Positions 48,995 through 62,404 of a stretch of 64,000 nt of DNA are shown in pieces. Position numbers and translations under genes: made by a program. The stretch is taken from positions 7,068,001-7,132,000 of the forward strand of contig CM120643.1 of the NCBI GenBank assembly GCA_051362555.1, in the 5' to 3' direction. How positions within the stretch are numbered: position 1 is the stretch's first letter; each line of letters starts with the position of its first letter. The notes beneath the pieces were generated by a model. That model was not told where the DNA came from. It searched no databases and was given only the letters and a program-made list of their open reading frames with translations. This DNA comes from Lingula anatina (taxonomy: Eukaryota > Animalia > Brachiopoda).

Positions 48995-49430
48995 TACGGA
49001 TCAGAGATATGGGGTTATACTACTCTAACAGACAGGTCTCCATTGGGAAAAACTAAACCTCAGTTTTTGTAAACAACTTTATCCTCAAACCACGCAGTAA
49101 AATGAGAGAACGAAACTATTCCTGCTCACACAAAGATTTAAGTACAATTAATAAAATTTTGGCTTAAAATGTTACGCTTAGATAATTACAACCTACTTAA
49201 ACAAGCATGCCTAGATGAATTACACTATCAACAAAAAACTTGTCAAATCTTAAAGATGTTAACCTCTCACGGAGTAAAGTTATCATGAAACTCCTATTTG
49301 AAACTCCTCTTTGACCTCAGAACAACTGATGAAAAGTTTTCTATCATTATGAAATCCCAAGAAGAAGAAACCCTAATTGCATTGGCTAAGTTTCTCTCCT
49401 TTGCTTTTACTAGAAGGGATCTAGAAGACA
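48995..49430 (+). mobile_element. RTEX-like LINE ORF2 C-terminal remnant
   Basis: Begins YGSEIWGY; later IKFWLKM and IMKSQEEETLIALAKFL; absent from the paralogous copy at ~55370. Confidence 0.55.
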
Positions 49431-49567
49431 GTGCTGCACCTATCGGCAATTGAGTAGTAACTTGAGTTAAACAATTGTCTTTAGTAAGTTAGAAGTCATA
49501 CACATTGTAATTGGTTAATAGTATACTCATTTAAAAAACATTTATATTGTCATTTTTAACCACCCAG

Positions 49568-50254
49568 GGGCCGGTTTCACAAAGCAGTAGTTAGTTAGCG
49601 ATCGGTAGTTAGCCTCTCGCTAGTTATAGTGCCGTTTCACGAAGCAGTCGCTAGTTCTCTCGCTCGTTATTGTCTCGTTGTTGCCTTGGATATTTAACGA
49701 CTGGTCAGACCAGTCGCTAACTCTAGAGTTTCATCGTACGCATGCGCAATGAGTGAAATAAAAAGGTTGCTTAGTTACCATTGTCTGTCGTTTGTCTTTG
49801 TATCCAATATGGCGGCTACTTTTCTTGCTATCCGTACCGCCAGACGGCAACGTAGAATACGACGTTTTCATGAAAGGCAGAATCTATTAGAATATACACA
49901 CAATGATGCAATTTACGAGAGGTTGCACCTAGCTGTGACAAAAAGAGCGGCAAAAAGGTGGTGGAGATCCTTTACGACGACCTCAAAGCAGACGTTCTTA
50001 TGCATTTCCAGCCACCAAAAATTGGAGAGTTAGTGCTTTCGTGACACTTTTACGCAAGAATTCCACTTCCGGCAGACGGTTTCGAGAGTACGGTGAGTAA
50101 CGAGAGAACTAACGACCGAACTTTACGACTGAACTTAGCGATGAGTTAACGACTGCTTCGTGAAACACCCCTCGAAAATCGCTAAGTTTGCTCGTTAGCG
50201 AGGTAGATCAGTAGTTAGTTGTTCTAACTAACTACTGCTTTGTGAAACCGGCCC
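49568..50254 (+). mobile_element. Non-autonomous Harbinger deletion derivative (687 bp), CAG TSD
   Basis: Perfect TIR GGGCCGGTTTCACAAAGCAGTAGTTAGTTAG, CAG on both flanks. Retains a HARBI1-like N-terminus from ATG 49809: MAATFLAIRTARRQRRIRRFHERQNLLEY..NDAIYERL. Confidence 0.92.
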
Positions 50255-51249
50255 CAGGTGGATGCATACGTTACAATGAATAAACTATGAAACTATTGAA
50301 AACATAAACGCCTTCTACAGATCCTATCACTGCTATATATTACACCATACACAATTCATACTCTCAGACTGTACAACCTTTGAACCATGAAACCTCAAGC
50401 TAGTGAACCTTCTGACTATTGAACTTTTTGAACCACTGGATCTTGGCATCATCAAACAATCAGACCATTGAACCCTCTGACTAGCAAACCTTTGGAACAG
50501 CTGGACATTTGCATCATCAAACCATCAGACCAATGAACCTTCTGACTGCTGTCAATGAACTTAAAATAATTTCATAAATAATTTCATAAATAATTTCATA
50601 AATTCACAAAATGATAATATTTAGTAATTAAAATAAATATCAGAATCAGAAACAGACAAAAATAGGCAAAAATACAGAAAAATATCTAAATTGCTACTTC
50701 ATTTTGATATACTCAGGACATACATTAGCATCATATCCATACTGCTTAAGATAAAATAATATCATAAAATAATCCAATCATGCTGATTTTCTAGAAGAAT
50801 TAAAATTAAAAAAAAAAAAAAAAACAGTTTATCAGTTTAGGGTAAACAACAGAAGTGTTACAAAGTGCTGACCATGGCAATGACACTGGACAGACACAGT
50901 GATCAGAATATACTAGTAGACAGACTGAGTGTCTGTATATAATAAATATGTGATAAAATTTGCATAATACAACTTAATGACCTCACAATAACAGAGATCA
51001 TCTATAATGACCTGAAATATATGTATTCGCATTAAAACATTTTCACATAAGTCTTGTTCTCTTCAGTAATGGCTTACTGTCTACCACAATCTCACGATAT
51101 ATGCTACCTCTACTAGTACTGTAACAGTTTCCATGCATTTGGGGAAAATTATTATAACACATCACAACTGAGCTGAAATATCAATTCACTCTTAAACATT
51201 TCCATTGTGTCTTATCTATCTTCAGTGATAGAGTATTGTCCAACACAAT

Positions 51250-51447
51250 CTCCTTGCTTTATATATCCTGCCTCTATAGTTTCCATGTATATGGGGAAAT
51301 TGATTCTTTGTGTTACCTGGAACCACAGGATCTGCCGTGTCTGGAAGTCTTGTTCTGGGTGGTTCTGGCAGCACTCTCTCTCACTCAGTATAAAACTGAC
51401 CTCTTGGTCTGCCAGCAGCTCTTTACACAATTCCAGAAGTGTATTTG
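51250..51447 (-). pseudogene. P-element/THAP9-like transposase C-terminal exon remnant, copy 1
   Basis: NTLLELCKELLADQEVSFILSERECCQNHPEQDF resembles S.IEL..YLL...V.YIL.ERFCQDPLE.YF. Confidence 0.6.
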
Positions 51448-52410
51448 CTAAAAACATAAATGAAATGAGTGTAACTGTTTGAAATGAATTTGGACCATCT
51501 CTGTAATATAGTGCAAACTACTATTAGGAACCATCTAATGATACTTTATTCATATATAGGATGGTTTTGTAAGATGCACAAGATCATTTTTGTATCACCA
51601 TACTTGATATTTATATCTTGATAATGCTCACATAAATTAAAATAAAAGTATTCATTTTGTGTTTTGAGCACTTAATGACAATAAAACTTGAATTTGTCTG
51701 CTATCTGCAAGAAGTCACCTGTTTACAATGGCTGCCCTGTCTCATTTATCCTAAAACTTGCCACATCCCGTGTCTTGCACAACTGGGTGAGATGAAGATG
51801 TTCCTGTTGCTGCCTTTTAGTATCTGCTTCAGTCTTATAAAATACATTCCCCCCATGTTCAGCCAGTTAAAATCTGTTCAACTAGAAGACACCATGCTGT
51901 ATGGAGACAGGAGCTGGAAAAAGAGACATTACAATGTATAAGTGAAGGTACACAAATTACCTTGCCTTATGGAGGCTACTGAGCACAACTGTGACAAAAG
52001 GGACCAGCACATTCTCAGATTGAACATAGTTAAATATACAGAACTCTGCTAAACCTGTTGGAACTTTTGTGAAATTTGAACACAAAATGCCTAATAATTG
52101 TTAAAATCTGGGATAATTATATCAATCCAATGACATGATGTATCCCAATGAGATGATGTATTCATACATTTTTAATCCGGAATGATTAGATTATTTTTAA
52201 AATGTAAGAAGCTTTACAAGACTTTGAACCCATTTGTTAATTTAAATATCAATAAAAGTTCATTCACAGTCATTTAGAGCAGGGCAAAGGCAGCAACGTC
52301 GATGCTATCGTATATCTGTTTGGCGGAAGATCGTTGCTTCGTTAAATTATTATGTAACGCTACATAAACATCAAATACCATTGTTTAACCATAGAAATGC
52401 ATTGTTTCAG

Positions 52411-52570
52411 GTATGTTTTGTGCCTGGTGTTCAAGCCATGGTCAAAGGTCCAAGAAAGGCACTGACATCTGGACCAAATTTGGGTGCCAGACGTACAGAG
52501 AAGACACTATTAAGAGACATGAACAGTCCACCATGCATCAGGTGTCTCACAGTTTGGAGGTGGAGATAAA
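52411..52570 (+). pseudogene. TTF-type zinc finger exon (ZNF862/hAT-like)
   Basis: After the acceptor ttgtttcag|, the frame missed by the ORF track reads (G)MFCAWCSSHGQRSKKGTDIWTKFGCQTYREDTIKRHEQSTMH...*: CxxC...RHExSxxH. Confidence 0.7.
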
Positions 52571-52844
52571 ATAAGTTTTAAACTCACAAGTACAAATTCT
52601 AGATTGTTTCAGAAGAGTGCACTGCATTTTATTAACTTTACTTCAATGTAACCTGATGTCAATGAAGCCATAAAAACAATGTGAAATGCCTTATGTCTCA
52701 GAGATTTATTCAAAAATAAAAGTGAAGTTCAATTCAGAGCCATGACTATTGTTTATATAAAGTAAAACTTGACACAGGAACATCTACAAAATGATCATAG
52801 TTATCATTAAAGAAATGATGAATTCTCTTACCATAAAAATGACC

Positions 52845-53012
52845 TTTTAGACTTCATAAATTGCCCAGAATGCAGGTATTTGCACCAATTTTTCAAAATT
52901 TTCGCGGGGGAGCATGCCACCGGACCCCCCTAGCCTTTGGCGCTCGCTTCCAGAGACCCTCACCATAACTGCTCTTCCCCCACCTTATGATTTCAAGTTG
53001 TGGAGAACACTG
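52845..53012. mobile_element. hAT-like transposon end
   Basis: Contains gggggagcatgccaccggacccccctag and ends ggagaacactg (rc CAGTGTTCTCC); partner end not found. Confidence 0.55.
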
Positions 53013-53308
53013 ACTGTGGCTTTTTTGCATACATTTCTCATAACATTACTTCAAAGGTAAAAGGCATAGACCAGAAGCAGAATGTAACTTAATTTGGAGA
53101 CTCTAGAAGGGAAAGAGCTTAAAACCAAAGTGGCTTATATTCACTTGAAACTTTACTGAGAAGGTTAGTTACTCATTCCATGCTAATCTGTTTGTTTCTT
53201 TTCAGTCAAGGCCAGAGCTGGCCAGGAGGACTCAGTAAGGACTGAGAACCTATCAGGTTTGTATTGAGGCATCTTGATAATGAGCATATATATGCTCATG
53301 AGCATATA

Positions 53309-53311
<3 letters not shown>

Positions 53312-53355
<44 letters not shown>
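53312..53355. repeat. (TA)n microsatellite
   Basis: Directly visible. Confidence 0.95.
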
Positions 53356-53356
<1 letters not shown>

Positions 53357-53992
53357 TTGGATCTCCCATTTTATGTTCCATCCCGTATTAAGCAATTTTC
53401 TTTCTTTTAGATCAGCACCTTTTTTCCAAAACAGAAGCCTCTAGGAGAAAATGGTTGTTGTTTAGTATGCTAGTCCTTTTTTTTCAGCTGAGTCCCGATC
53501 TGACCAGGACCCAGTGCGGACTGAGGACCAAGAGAGGATACAGTAGGTTTGTAAAAAGGCACCTAATGTGATTTATGAACAGTGACAAAAAGGTCCCAAA
53601 ACCATTGAAACCAATTTTTTCCTTGAAATGGCAATGTTGCTGGTCTTGTTGAGCACTTGCTTGACTGAAATCTTTGGTAAAACTATTTAAAAATGAAGTG
53701 TGGCATTTGCCTCACCTGATAAAGAGTTTAGTTAAATGAAAGTTTTACAAATAAACCAAAATTAAGAATATCTAAGAAAAAATGCCCTTACTGCCACTAA
53801 GTATTCTGTGACAAAGCTTTGAAAAACAATATACATTTCCTGAATGGGTTAAGTATCAGGTTAATACTGTTATTGGCAATACAAGTTAAATACCCCTCAG
53901 TTTTGTTAATGTACTGTAAATGAATTGAGTTATTTGTATTATTTAATATTTTTATGGGGTTGCTCATTTTAATATTTTGCTTTGCATTTTAG

Positions 53993-55060
53993 ATAACACT
54001 GAAGAAGAGGATTATAAGGCTCTTAATGGTGAGGGCAAGGTAGGTATGAAAAGAAAAGGTAACGTCCCTTCCTGTTCACTTAAATGGAGAAAGAAACTTT
54101 CATACAGTAGGTATGACATTTCTTCTAAAACAATATTAAGTCAAAGACATGCCTGGTTGACTAGAGATGAAATAGACCTAGCCCATGGAATTTCATCAGA
54201 TATGTTCTCAAAGGTAGGGGGCTTTCATGGTACTTGTGCCCTAGAGTTTGTTAAAAATGGTCTTATCTTATCCACTCCCACTTCTTCATTTGTGCGAATA
54301 GTTTATCTTAACTCCCATTGGCTTACTCTTTCCAACATTAATAGCAATATTTGCAATTGTGTTCAAATTCCAGACCTAGACCCAGACTGAAGGGTAAGAT
54401 TGCTGAGATCGTTGCCTCATTGCTTTTTGCTCCATCCAAGCAAATTGTTTTGGAGCATAAAGACGTTCAGGAGCAAACTGGCAGAAATGACTGTGGTCTT
54501 TTTGCCATTGCTACGTAATGCAATGGATCTTTGCTTTGGAACAAGACCTTCATTTGGGAGCAAAGGACAATGAGGGAACATCTCAGCAAGTGTTTTGAAA
54601 GGGGTAGGCTGGAAATGTTCCCATATAGATCAGAGAACTGCCACCACACAAGACCAAAATTGTCTAAATTTCCAATATATTGTCATTGTGGGCAGGTCTA
54701 TTATAGAAACCAGGACTGGATTGAATGTGAAGACTGTCTGCAAGGGTTCTATCTCAAATGTGAAGGGATCCAGTCACCTGCCCTGGAGAATCTACAGCAC
54801 ACATTGGCAGTGTTGCAACAGCTCTTAGGGTGGTATTCTATAGAGCTGTAATCTGTCAGATAGACACATCGAACTAGTTGGGGGATATTCTTGCTAAGTG
54901 CAATCATTGCAATTAGCTTAAATGGCTGAGTAACTGAGGAGAAGGTATGTATGTACGACAGAAACCAGGACTGGATTGAATGTGCAGACTGCCTGCAATC
55001 AATTAAAGTGCATCTCAAGTGTGAATGGATCCAGTCATCCACCCTGGAGAATCTATAGCA
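53993..55060 (+). pseudogene. Ulp1/SENP-like cysteine protease + PHD finger pseudogene (transposon accessory type)
   Basis: WLTRDEID...SHWLTLSN...VQEQTGRNDCGLFAIA...MREHLSKCFE...FP...IYCHC...WIECEDC...FYLKC across frameshifts and stops; the PHD segment is duplicated at ~54945..55055. Confidence 0.85.
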
Positions 55061-55266
55061 GTCATGTTGTGTCTGTACATAAAAATCACAGAATATTTAT
55101 TTATGCCAAATTGTATTTATGGTAATGACATAAAAGTCATTTTTACTTTCCATATAGTATGTCATGTAACTCAGACAAATAAAATATTTCACTGAAAAGA
55201 ATTACTGTTTTTAGCTTTCTGAATATAACTCAAATGTGTTGACATCAGTCTTCATCTTTACAGCAG

Positions 55267-57515
55267 CAGGCAACAAGACCATAAAACCAAATATTTGTGT
55301 TCAAGAAACAATGAAAATCACAGATAAAGTAGCACCTGTCCAAAGCTGGGACATTACGGAATCATGAACAGTTACATGTAGTAAAACATAAACACCCTCC
55401 ACAAATATTATCATTGCTATATTACAACATGTACCATTCATAATTTGGGACAACCTACGAACCATGAAACCTCAGACAAATGAACCTTCTGACTAGCCAA
55501 CCTATGGAACAATTGGACCTTTGATTCATCAAACTATCAGACCAATGAACCTTCTGACTATTGAACCTTTTGAACCATTGGATCTTGGCATCATCAAACT
55601 AACAGACCAATGAACCTTCTGACTACTGTCATGCACCTGACAAATCATTTAACAATGAACTTACAACCATTTCATAAATTCACAAAATAACAATTAAAAC
55701 AATATCAGAATCAGACAAACAAATCTACATTGCTACTTAATTTTGATAACCTGTGTACATACTGTAGCAGAATTTCCAAACTGCTAAAGACAACAAAATA
55801 AACAGGTACAATTTATGATATCATTAAACAACATCATAAAACAATCCAATCTTACCGATTTTCAGGAGGACACTGCCTTATACACATTCAAAGTCATTCA
55901 GAAAATTTGAATAAAAATACAGTTTATCAGTTCTAGGGTTAACAAGATGATGCACAAAGTGCTGGACAGACACAGTGATCAGAATATAGACAGACTGAGT
56001 GTCTGTATATAATAAATATGCCATAAAATGTCCATTATGCAACTTAATGACCTCACAATAACAGAGATCATTTATAACACATTATATCTGACCTGAAATA
56101 TATGTATTCACATTAAAACATTTTCACAGAAGTCTTGTTCTCTTCAGTGATGGCTAATTGTCTACCACAATCTCACTGTATATGCTACCTGTACTAGTAC
56201 TGTAACAGTTTCCATGCATATGGGGAAAATTATTATAACACATCACAACTGAGCTGAAATATCAATTCGCTTTTAAACATTTCCAATGTGTCTATTTGTC
56301 TTCAGTGATAGAGTATTGTCCAACACAATCTCCTTGCTTTATATACCCTGCCTCTATAGTTTCTATGCATATGGGGAAAATTGATTCTTTGTGTTACCTG
56401 GAACCCACATTTGTTGTGTAATTGTATTGTTTCATATAACTGGCTCCCCAGGATCTGCTGTGTTTGGAAGTCTTGTTCTGGGTGGTTCTGGCAGCACTTT
56501 CTCTCACTCAGTATAAAACTGACCTCTTGGTCTGCCAGCAGCTCTTTACACAAATCCAGAAATGTATTTGCTAAAAACATAAATGAAATGAGTATAACTG
56601 TTTGCAATGCAATTGAATCATCTCTGTAATATAGTCCAAACTATTATTAGGAACCATCTGATGATACATTATTCATATACAGGATGCTTTTGTAAGATGC
56701 ACAATTTCATTTTTGTATCACCATGCTTGATATGCAACTGTAAAAATCTGGGATAATTATATCAATTGGCTTTGGCTACTTAAAAGACATTTTCTGAGGA
56801 GTAATTTGAGAGGAGTCACAAAGGAAATTACTAATAAAAAATTTAATTCAAGACAGAATTACTTTAACTAAAAAGGAAACAAAAATATCATAATTGGTTT
56901 CTTTCTCTACAGTGGAAGATTAGGAGACCAATTACATATTGTTACACGACTTGTAAAACAATATCCACCATTAGTTTAGTGTAGCACCTGCAAGCAGTCC
57001 AGTTACTGTCATGACAATGGGTCATCCAAGGGAAGAAATGACCACTGCTCCACTTTGGATTCAATGAATTTCGTCCCAAACTGACCACATCAAGCAGGCC
57101 ACTACAGAGACACTTCACCATGTACAACAACTGTCCAACCATGTGTATGAGCTAAAAAAAAAAGATAAACATTCATTATGCTTATGATAACTCATAATTT
57201 TCCAAGTCACATAAGTCATGAAATCCAAAAAACCTGTGATAATTGGTGTCAAAACAAAACCAACCGTTCATTTTGTGTACAACCTGCAAAAAGTCCAGTT
57301 CCCTGTTTACCATGGCTGTCCTGTCTCTGGCACTTCACAACCCATTCATCCTGAAACTTGCTGTCTTGCACAGTTGCATGAGATGAAGGAATATTCCTGC
57401 AGCTGTTATTTCCTATTTCATATTAATAATACATCCCCCCCATGTCCAGCCAGGTAAAGTCAGTTCACCTAGAAGACACCATGCTCTATGGAGACTGGAG
57501 CTGGAAAAAGAGACA
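55267..57515. repeat. Local duplication, copy 2
   Basis: Co-linear with 48891..51930 but lacks the RTEX and Harbinger insertions. Confidence 0.9.
56330..56570 (-). pseudogene. P-element/THAP9-like transposase exon remnant, copy 2
   Basis: NTFLDLCKELLADQEVSFILSERKCCQNHPEQDFQTQQILG; about 40 bp longer than copy 1. Confidence 0.6.
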
Positions 57516-57594
57516 AAAGATAATATTAATGAAGTGACATAAATTATCTTAATAAAAAGAACATTGACAGTCCACAAGAGCCAGAAGAATATTA

Positions 57595-57979
57595 GGGACC
57601 ATTCCTAGACTAACTCAGGGGCGGATTTAGGCCATCCTCCGGGATCTTCCAGAAGAAGGTCAGATTTTTAAGTTTACATTGGCGAGTAACTAATCTTTTC
57701 TACTGGAAGACGGTCTAACATGGAGGATGGATCAATAAAGATAATTCGGAGGCCTGTCAGAAAATTACCTGTAACTGTTGATCAATGTATTTCTGAGGGG
57801 ATTCTTGCTAAATTGCAATCAACTTGAGCAGCTTAGATGTCTGTCACACCTACTGAAGCTGCTAAAGGGTAATTAATTATCAGTAGGCACGCCAGACATC
57901 TAAGCTGCTAAGCTAAAAGCAATTCAGCAAGAAATCCCTCAGAAATAAATTGATTAACATTTGGTCTGGGAATGGTCCC
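57595..57979. mobile_element. Tourist/Harbinger-type MITE (385 bp), TTA TSD, with internal ~180-nt hairpin
   Basis: GGGACCATTCCTAGACTAA...TTGGTCTGGGAATGGTCCC, TTA on both flanks; inverted arms 57777..57860 and 57880..57959. Confidence 0.8.
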
Positions 57980-59226
57980 TTAAATGGTCACATGCCTCGA
58001 TCCCCACACGACTGTATGGTCGAATGGAGTCGAGATTTGATTAATGTGCCCATGCCTGAACGACACCAGTGGAGGCGTGTGAGAGGTGGAGTGACCATTA
58101 CAGGATTAAGCAGTCTTCCTTTCATGTAGGTCTGCCATATTAAGGCCGTGGACCAGTTAGCACTCGGATCTTCTCATTGCTTCTTGATTATATATAACTC
58201 TGCTAGTACTTTTTTATGTTTTACCTCAGATGTTTCAAGGATCGAACTCGGAGCTACTGAATAACACTTATAACACTGGGATCACCGGATCCCTACGTCT
58301 ATTCTCTACCTCTTGTATCTGCAGGTCCTTCTCTCTCTCTCTCTCTCTCTCAAAAGCCCCGCCCAACTGTCGCTTTCAATCCCAAGACTTCCGGTACCAG
58401 ATCACTGCAACAAAGTACTCACCCTTTTGTCATCAAGAATGTCTTTGCATACATTTAAAGGGATGCTGGAATCGTGAAATGTCATACTGCTTTAGATAAA
58501 ACTTTAATGGTAACTCATAGATATATCTTATCCTTGGAATAACGTTATTTCACTAACGTGCAAAATTTTCCCGCTCCGCCCGACTAAGTAGGTCAAAGAA
58601 AACTCGCAGTGAATACTGGGTCACATCTCGGCACATCCGGTCACATGAAGCGCCACAGTTTTACTCTGCGTCCAAGTTATTATATCTTTTGATTTTTCGT
58701 TTAGATATGATATTATTGATTATTGATTGAGAATAAATTACTACAAAAAAGGTAATAATAAATTTTTTATTGTTATTATTATATATTTTCTTTTTGCTTC
58801 AACTTTTGCTGGATCTCAGCACTGCTAACACAACGCCCAATATTTGAGCAAATAGAGCATTTAAGGACCTTCGCATTTAGAGTGATTACCATTAAAAGTA
58901 AAATAAACGTAGCCTACTTGAAAATATTCTAAAGTCAATTTTTTCCCCAAATATCCTGCAAATCTACTAGTAAGCCTACTTGTAGGCCTACTTGTAGGCC
59001 TACTTTACTTTTATAGACTGCGCTATCTAGAGACTATGCTTAGGCTATATTAGATGCGCGTTAATTTTTTCTAAAACGTTCCAAATTTTTTTCCCAATTT
59101 CAAGTATATTTTCTCAATGCCTGGTAACGAAGGTGTTGCAATTGGCTTCCTAACAGAGTGCAGCTTTGTCGTGTTACGTGTAAAATATTTGATTGTGCCC
59201 TGTCAACATATCGTTCATCTAATCAT

Positions 59227-59517
59227 GAGGGCCCGCTGGGAAGGGGGGGGGGAGTGATCACATTTCACGGCCGCGGAAAATATCATCAAATCACAAATTA
59301 CAAATTACATAAATTGAATTAGAATTTTATTCATATCTCATTGAAAATGCGAGTCCGGCGAGCTGAAAATAACTATCATCGAGTATAATGACTTCGTTCC
59401 ACTATAAGGACGAGGGATAGAAACCCGCAATTCACGATTCACAGGAATGGGGTGCTTCACATCACGGGGAACGATAAGTGGCTGTTACGGGTAAGGAAAA
59501 TACCCAACGGGGCCTTC
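59227..59517. mobile_element. ~290-bp MITE with GAG-type termini (possibly Sola2-derived)
   Basis: GAGGGCCCGCTGGG vs (rc) GAAGGCCCCGTTGGG; repeated TCAC(G/A) motifs near both ends; no clear TSD. Confidence 0.45.
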
Positions 59518-60159
59518 AGTCCTTGTCTTAACTAAAATGAGGATTTAATCAATGTCTATAATATTTCAAAACATTATTTAAAGCAACTAAAATTAATGAT
59601 CTGGAGAAAAAATACGTCACGAAGGATTTTCAGCTTTTAAAAGTAGCTGCAAGTTATTTGTTGCGTTATTTAAGATAAACATTCTAGACATTTTCTGAGA
59701 CGTTAAATATTAAACTTGCTTCCAAACAAGTAGGCCTACCTTATTTTTCTAATTTATTGAAAATAAACTTATAGGCAAATGTGAGATGGAGTTGCGAGTG
59801 ACAGTAGAGAAGGTCTAAAAATGAGTCTGCATTTCGTGTTTTGAATATGATTAGCACAGTGCTGAGCTAACTTATGCAACAATTTTCGTGTGCATTTAAA
59901 GACTCATGATCACTAAAGGAAGAGCGAGAGACAAAATGTAGTTCTTATTCATCTATACAACGTACCTCCGACCGTGTTGGGAGTTCGACCCCCTTGAGGA
60001 CTCAGATGATAGCTGTCGTCAATACTGCTTTTAAATAGCGTAACAAACGCGATCGTTCTTTGTTCTCATATCATAAACAGGAATCTTTCTTTAAAAAATT
60101 ATTAAAGACATCCTAACATTTTATACATATCTGTGAATATCTAGTGAAAACTCCATCTG

Positions 60160-60163
<4 letters not shown>

Positions 60164-60203
<40 letters not shown>
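60164..60203. repeat. (CT)n microsatellite
   Basis: Directly visible. Confidence 0.95.
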
Positions 60204-60206
<3 letters not shown>

Positions 60207-60339
60207 GTCTCTGGCCGAATTCACAACCAGTTGATCCTCGGACCAGAATTTATGATAATTAACTGTTATGACTGATAAATGAAACTAAATATTTTTCATT
60301 CGCCCGCATCTTCCGTATATTTAGGAAAAAAAATATATT

Positions 60340-60700
60340 GAAAACGCATCTGTAAAGATTAACTCTGAAGAGATGAAAAAAATGCCCGAGCTTTCGGCTT
60401 GTGAACCTTCTTCAGGTACCAAAACAAGAATAAACAAGCAAACTACTGGTAGCCTATAAGTGGCGTATGATGCATGTAAAAGGGACACGAAGTTAGAAGT
60501 GCGTGATAAAGGTTAACGTCTTGAAGATTACATAATAATAAAACAAGACTAATATCCGTTGAGATATTCATTGTCTCTATAAAGTCCTTTTTTAAAGTGT
60601 TTAATATTTTTATGAGCTTCTTATCAACAATCCGTCTTTGTCTTGTGTCGCGTATGTGTCCTTTTAAAATGGAGACTACTGTGGTGGTTCTTGATGCGAG
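60340..60700 (-). mobile_element. Penelope-like element 3' fragment, related to 27690..28050
   Basis: VSILKGHIRDTRQRRIVDKKLIKILNTL shares LKG..DTRQRRIV...I..L.TL with the first copy; followed by a hammerhead motif. Confidence 0.75.
60384..60419 (-). ncRNA. Minimal type I hammerhead ribozyme motif (Penelope-associated)
   Basis: Minus strand GTAC-CTGAAGA-A-GGTT-CACA-AGCC-GAAA-GC-TC-GGGC: intact core, 4-bp stem II, UC cleavage site, stem I with one mismatch. Confidence 0.7.
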
Positions 60701-61506
60701 CTTTAAGGGCGTAAGAAACCTTTTTTCTTTCGTTTTCACTTTTAATTACTATTAGTTCTATTACTGTATATAGCTACCAATTATCTGCGCTTTAAGCTTG
60801 TACTTTTTATTACAGATACAAGCAAGGCAAGCAAAAAGTCTCTGGCAGTGAATTGTGAACTGTTGCTACTACCACTCCTACATAAAGTAGATATTGCAAA
60901 CATATATCGGCACATGAATCAATAAGATATCAGACAACTTTCATGGAAAATAAACTGAAATTAAAGCTGGATATTCTTTTATCTATTATCATTTCGCATT
61001 TACGTTAAATCTCGGCACGTACGTCTTCATCACCATCATACTTCCGTCGCAGTCCGAAGCGACGAAGTTCGAACAGTGCACATCAAAACCATAAATAGCT
61101 AGGAGTCCTTACATAGGAAACATCGCACTAGAGAATGGGTTTAATTAAGGCATTCTTGTTGGCGGTATTGTCACTAATTTAAAGAATCATGAACAAATCT
61201 GGATGACTCTATCTATAACAAATTTGAACTTGAAGTAATCATTACCTAAAAACAAACAAACAAACAAAAAATACTTTTCAGAATAACACAAGAAAAATTA
61301 ATGAAAAGAACAAAGGCAAAATAATTATAAATTAAAAATGGAATCTGAGCAACAAATACAGCTTCAAGCAAATGGAAATGAAAATAGAATATACACACCC
61401 ACACTTACGAGTTAAGCTACAATTGATTTTTAAAATAATGTCGGTACCTTGTCAATGTATGGCAGGACTACGTGAAAACGACACCCTCCCCTACACATAC
61501 ACTAAA

Positions 61507-61552
61507 CACACACACGCGCGCGCGCGCACACACACACACACACACACGCACA
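61507..61552. repeat. (CA)n/(CG)n compound microsatellite
   Basis: Directly visible. Confidence 0.9.
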
Positions 61553-62404
61553 GGCTCATCGTCGAAGAGGGGGAGAACCAAATCCAATCATCGAAGTTGT
61601 ACATCGGTTCACTATTTGTCCTAAGTAAATCATCTTAACATAAACGAATCAGATCAAAATTACAATAAAGCGCGGAATGTGCAGACCAGCATAATCAACA
61701 CCTGTGGGTTTGGATACAAAACTGCTCTTCCCCGTTGCCAACGCTCTCAATTCAGGTCTATCTTTTAAAATAAAATGTTTTATTGTATATATAAAAAAAC
61801 ATGTATAAAACAACATACTTCGGTCGATAATCTAGCAGTGTGTAATACTGTGCATGAACCCAAATATGTTGTAGATGTAGCATTATCAAAATAGAAATAC
61901 CATATCTTCTTGAACATGAAAAGTCACATTAGAATTCTCCCCCCCCCCCCCCCCCATCCCACCAATACGCCTCATTTCTATTGATACCATACAAACTCAC
62001 AAACTCAGCGTGTGTAGGGTTATGAAAACTAAAGTAGATCAAAAGTTCACGGATAGGATATGCCATGTAAGGATTCATAGGGGAGATAGGTAATCTCCTT
62101 TTGCTCTTTTTTTTAACCTGTCAATTTTGAGAAGAAATACAGTGAATCGGTGTCTCTCATTGCACTTAGTCAATATAAATTCAAATATGTAAAACATCTG
62201 TCCTTTATCACGTAATTCGTCAGATGTAATAAAATACAGCATTTCCCTAGAAAACCTTTACCCCTATGTGAGAATGCAATGAGCCGTCTGCAGAGCTCAG
62301 CGTCCGCTACCTCGCTGGATGCTTCGCGGTTCCCGGGAGCTGAACAGTTAACGCGGTCCAAAAAATTTTAGGGAGAGTCAGATGAAATAGAGACGGACCG
62401 TGGC

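Larger units (their letters stand above)
48891..51930. repeat. Local duplication, copy 1 (48891..48994 + ~50270..51610 + 51690..51927), paralogous to 55267..56732 and 57270..57515
   Basis: Long co-linear near-identical blocks such as gaccataaaaccaaatatttgtg, ctggacagacacagtgatcagaatata, cttcagtgatagagtattgtccaacacaatctcc, ctagaagacaccatgct. Confidence 0.9.
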
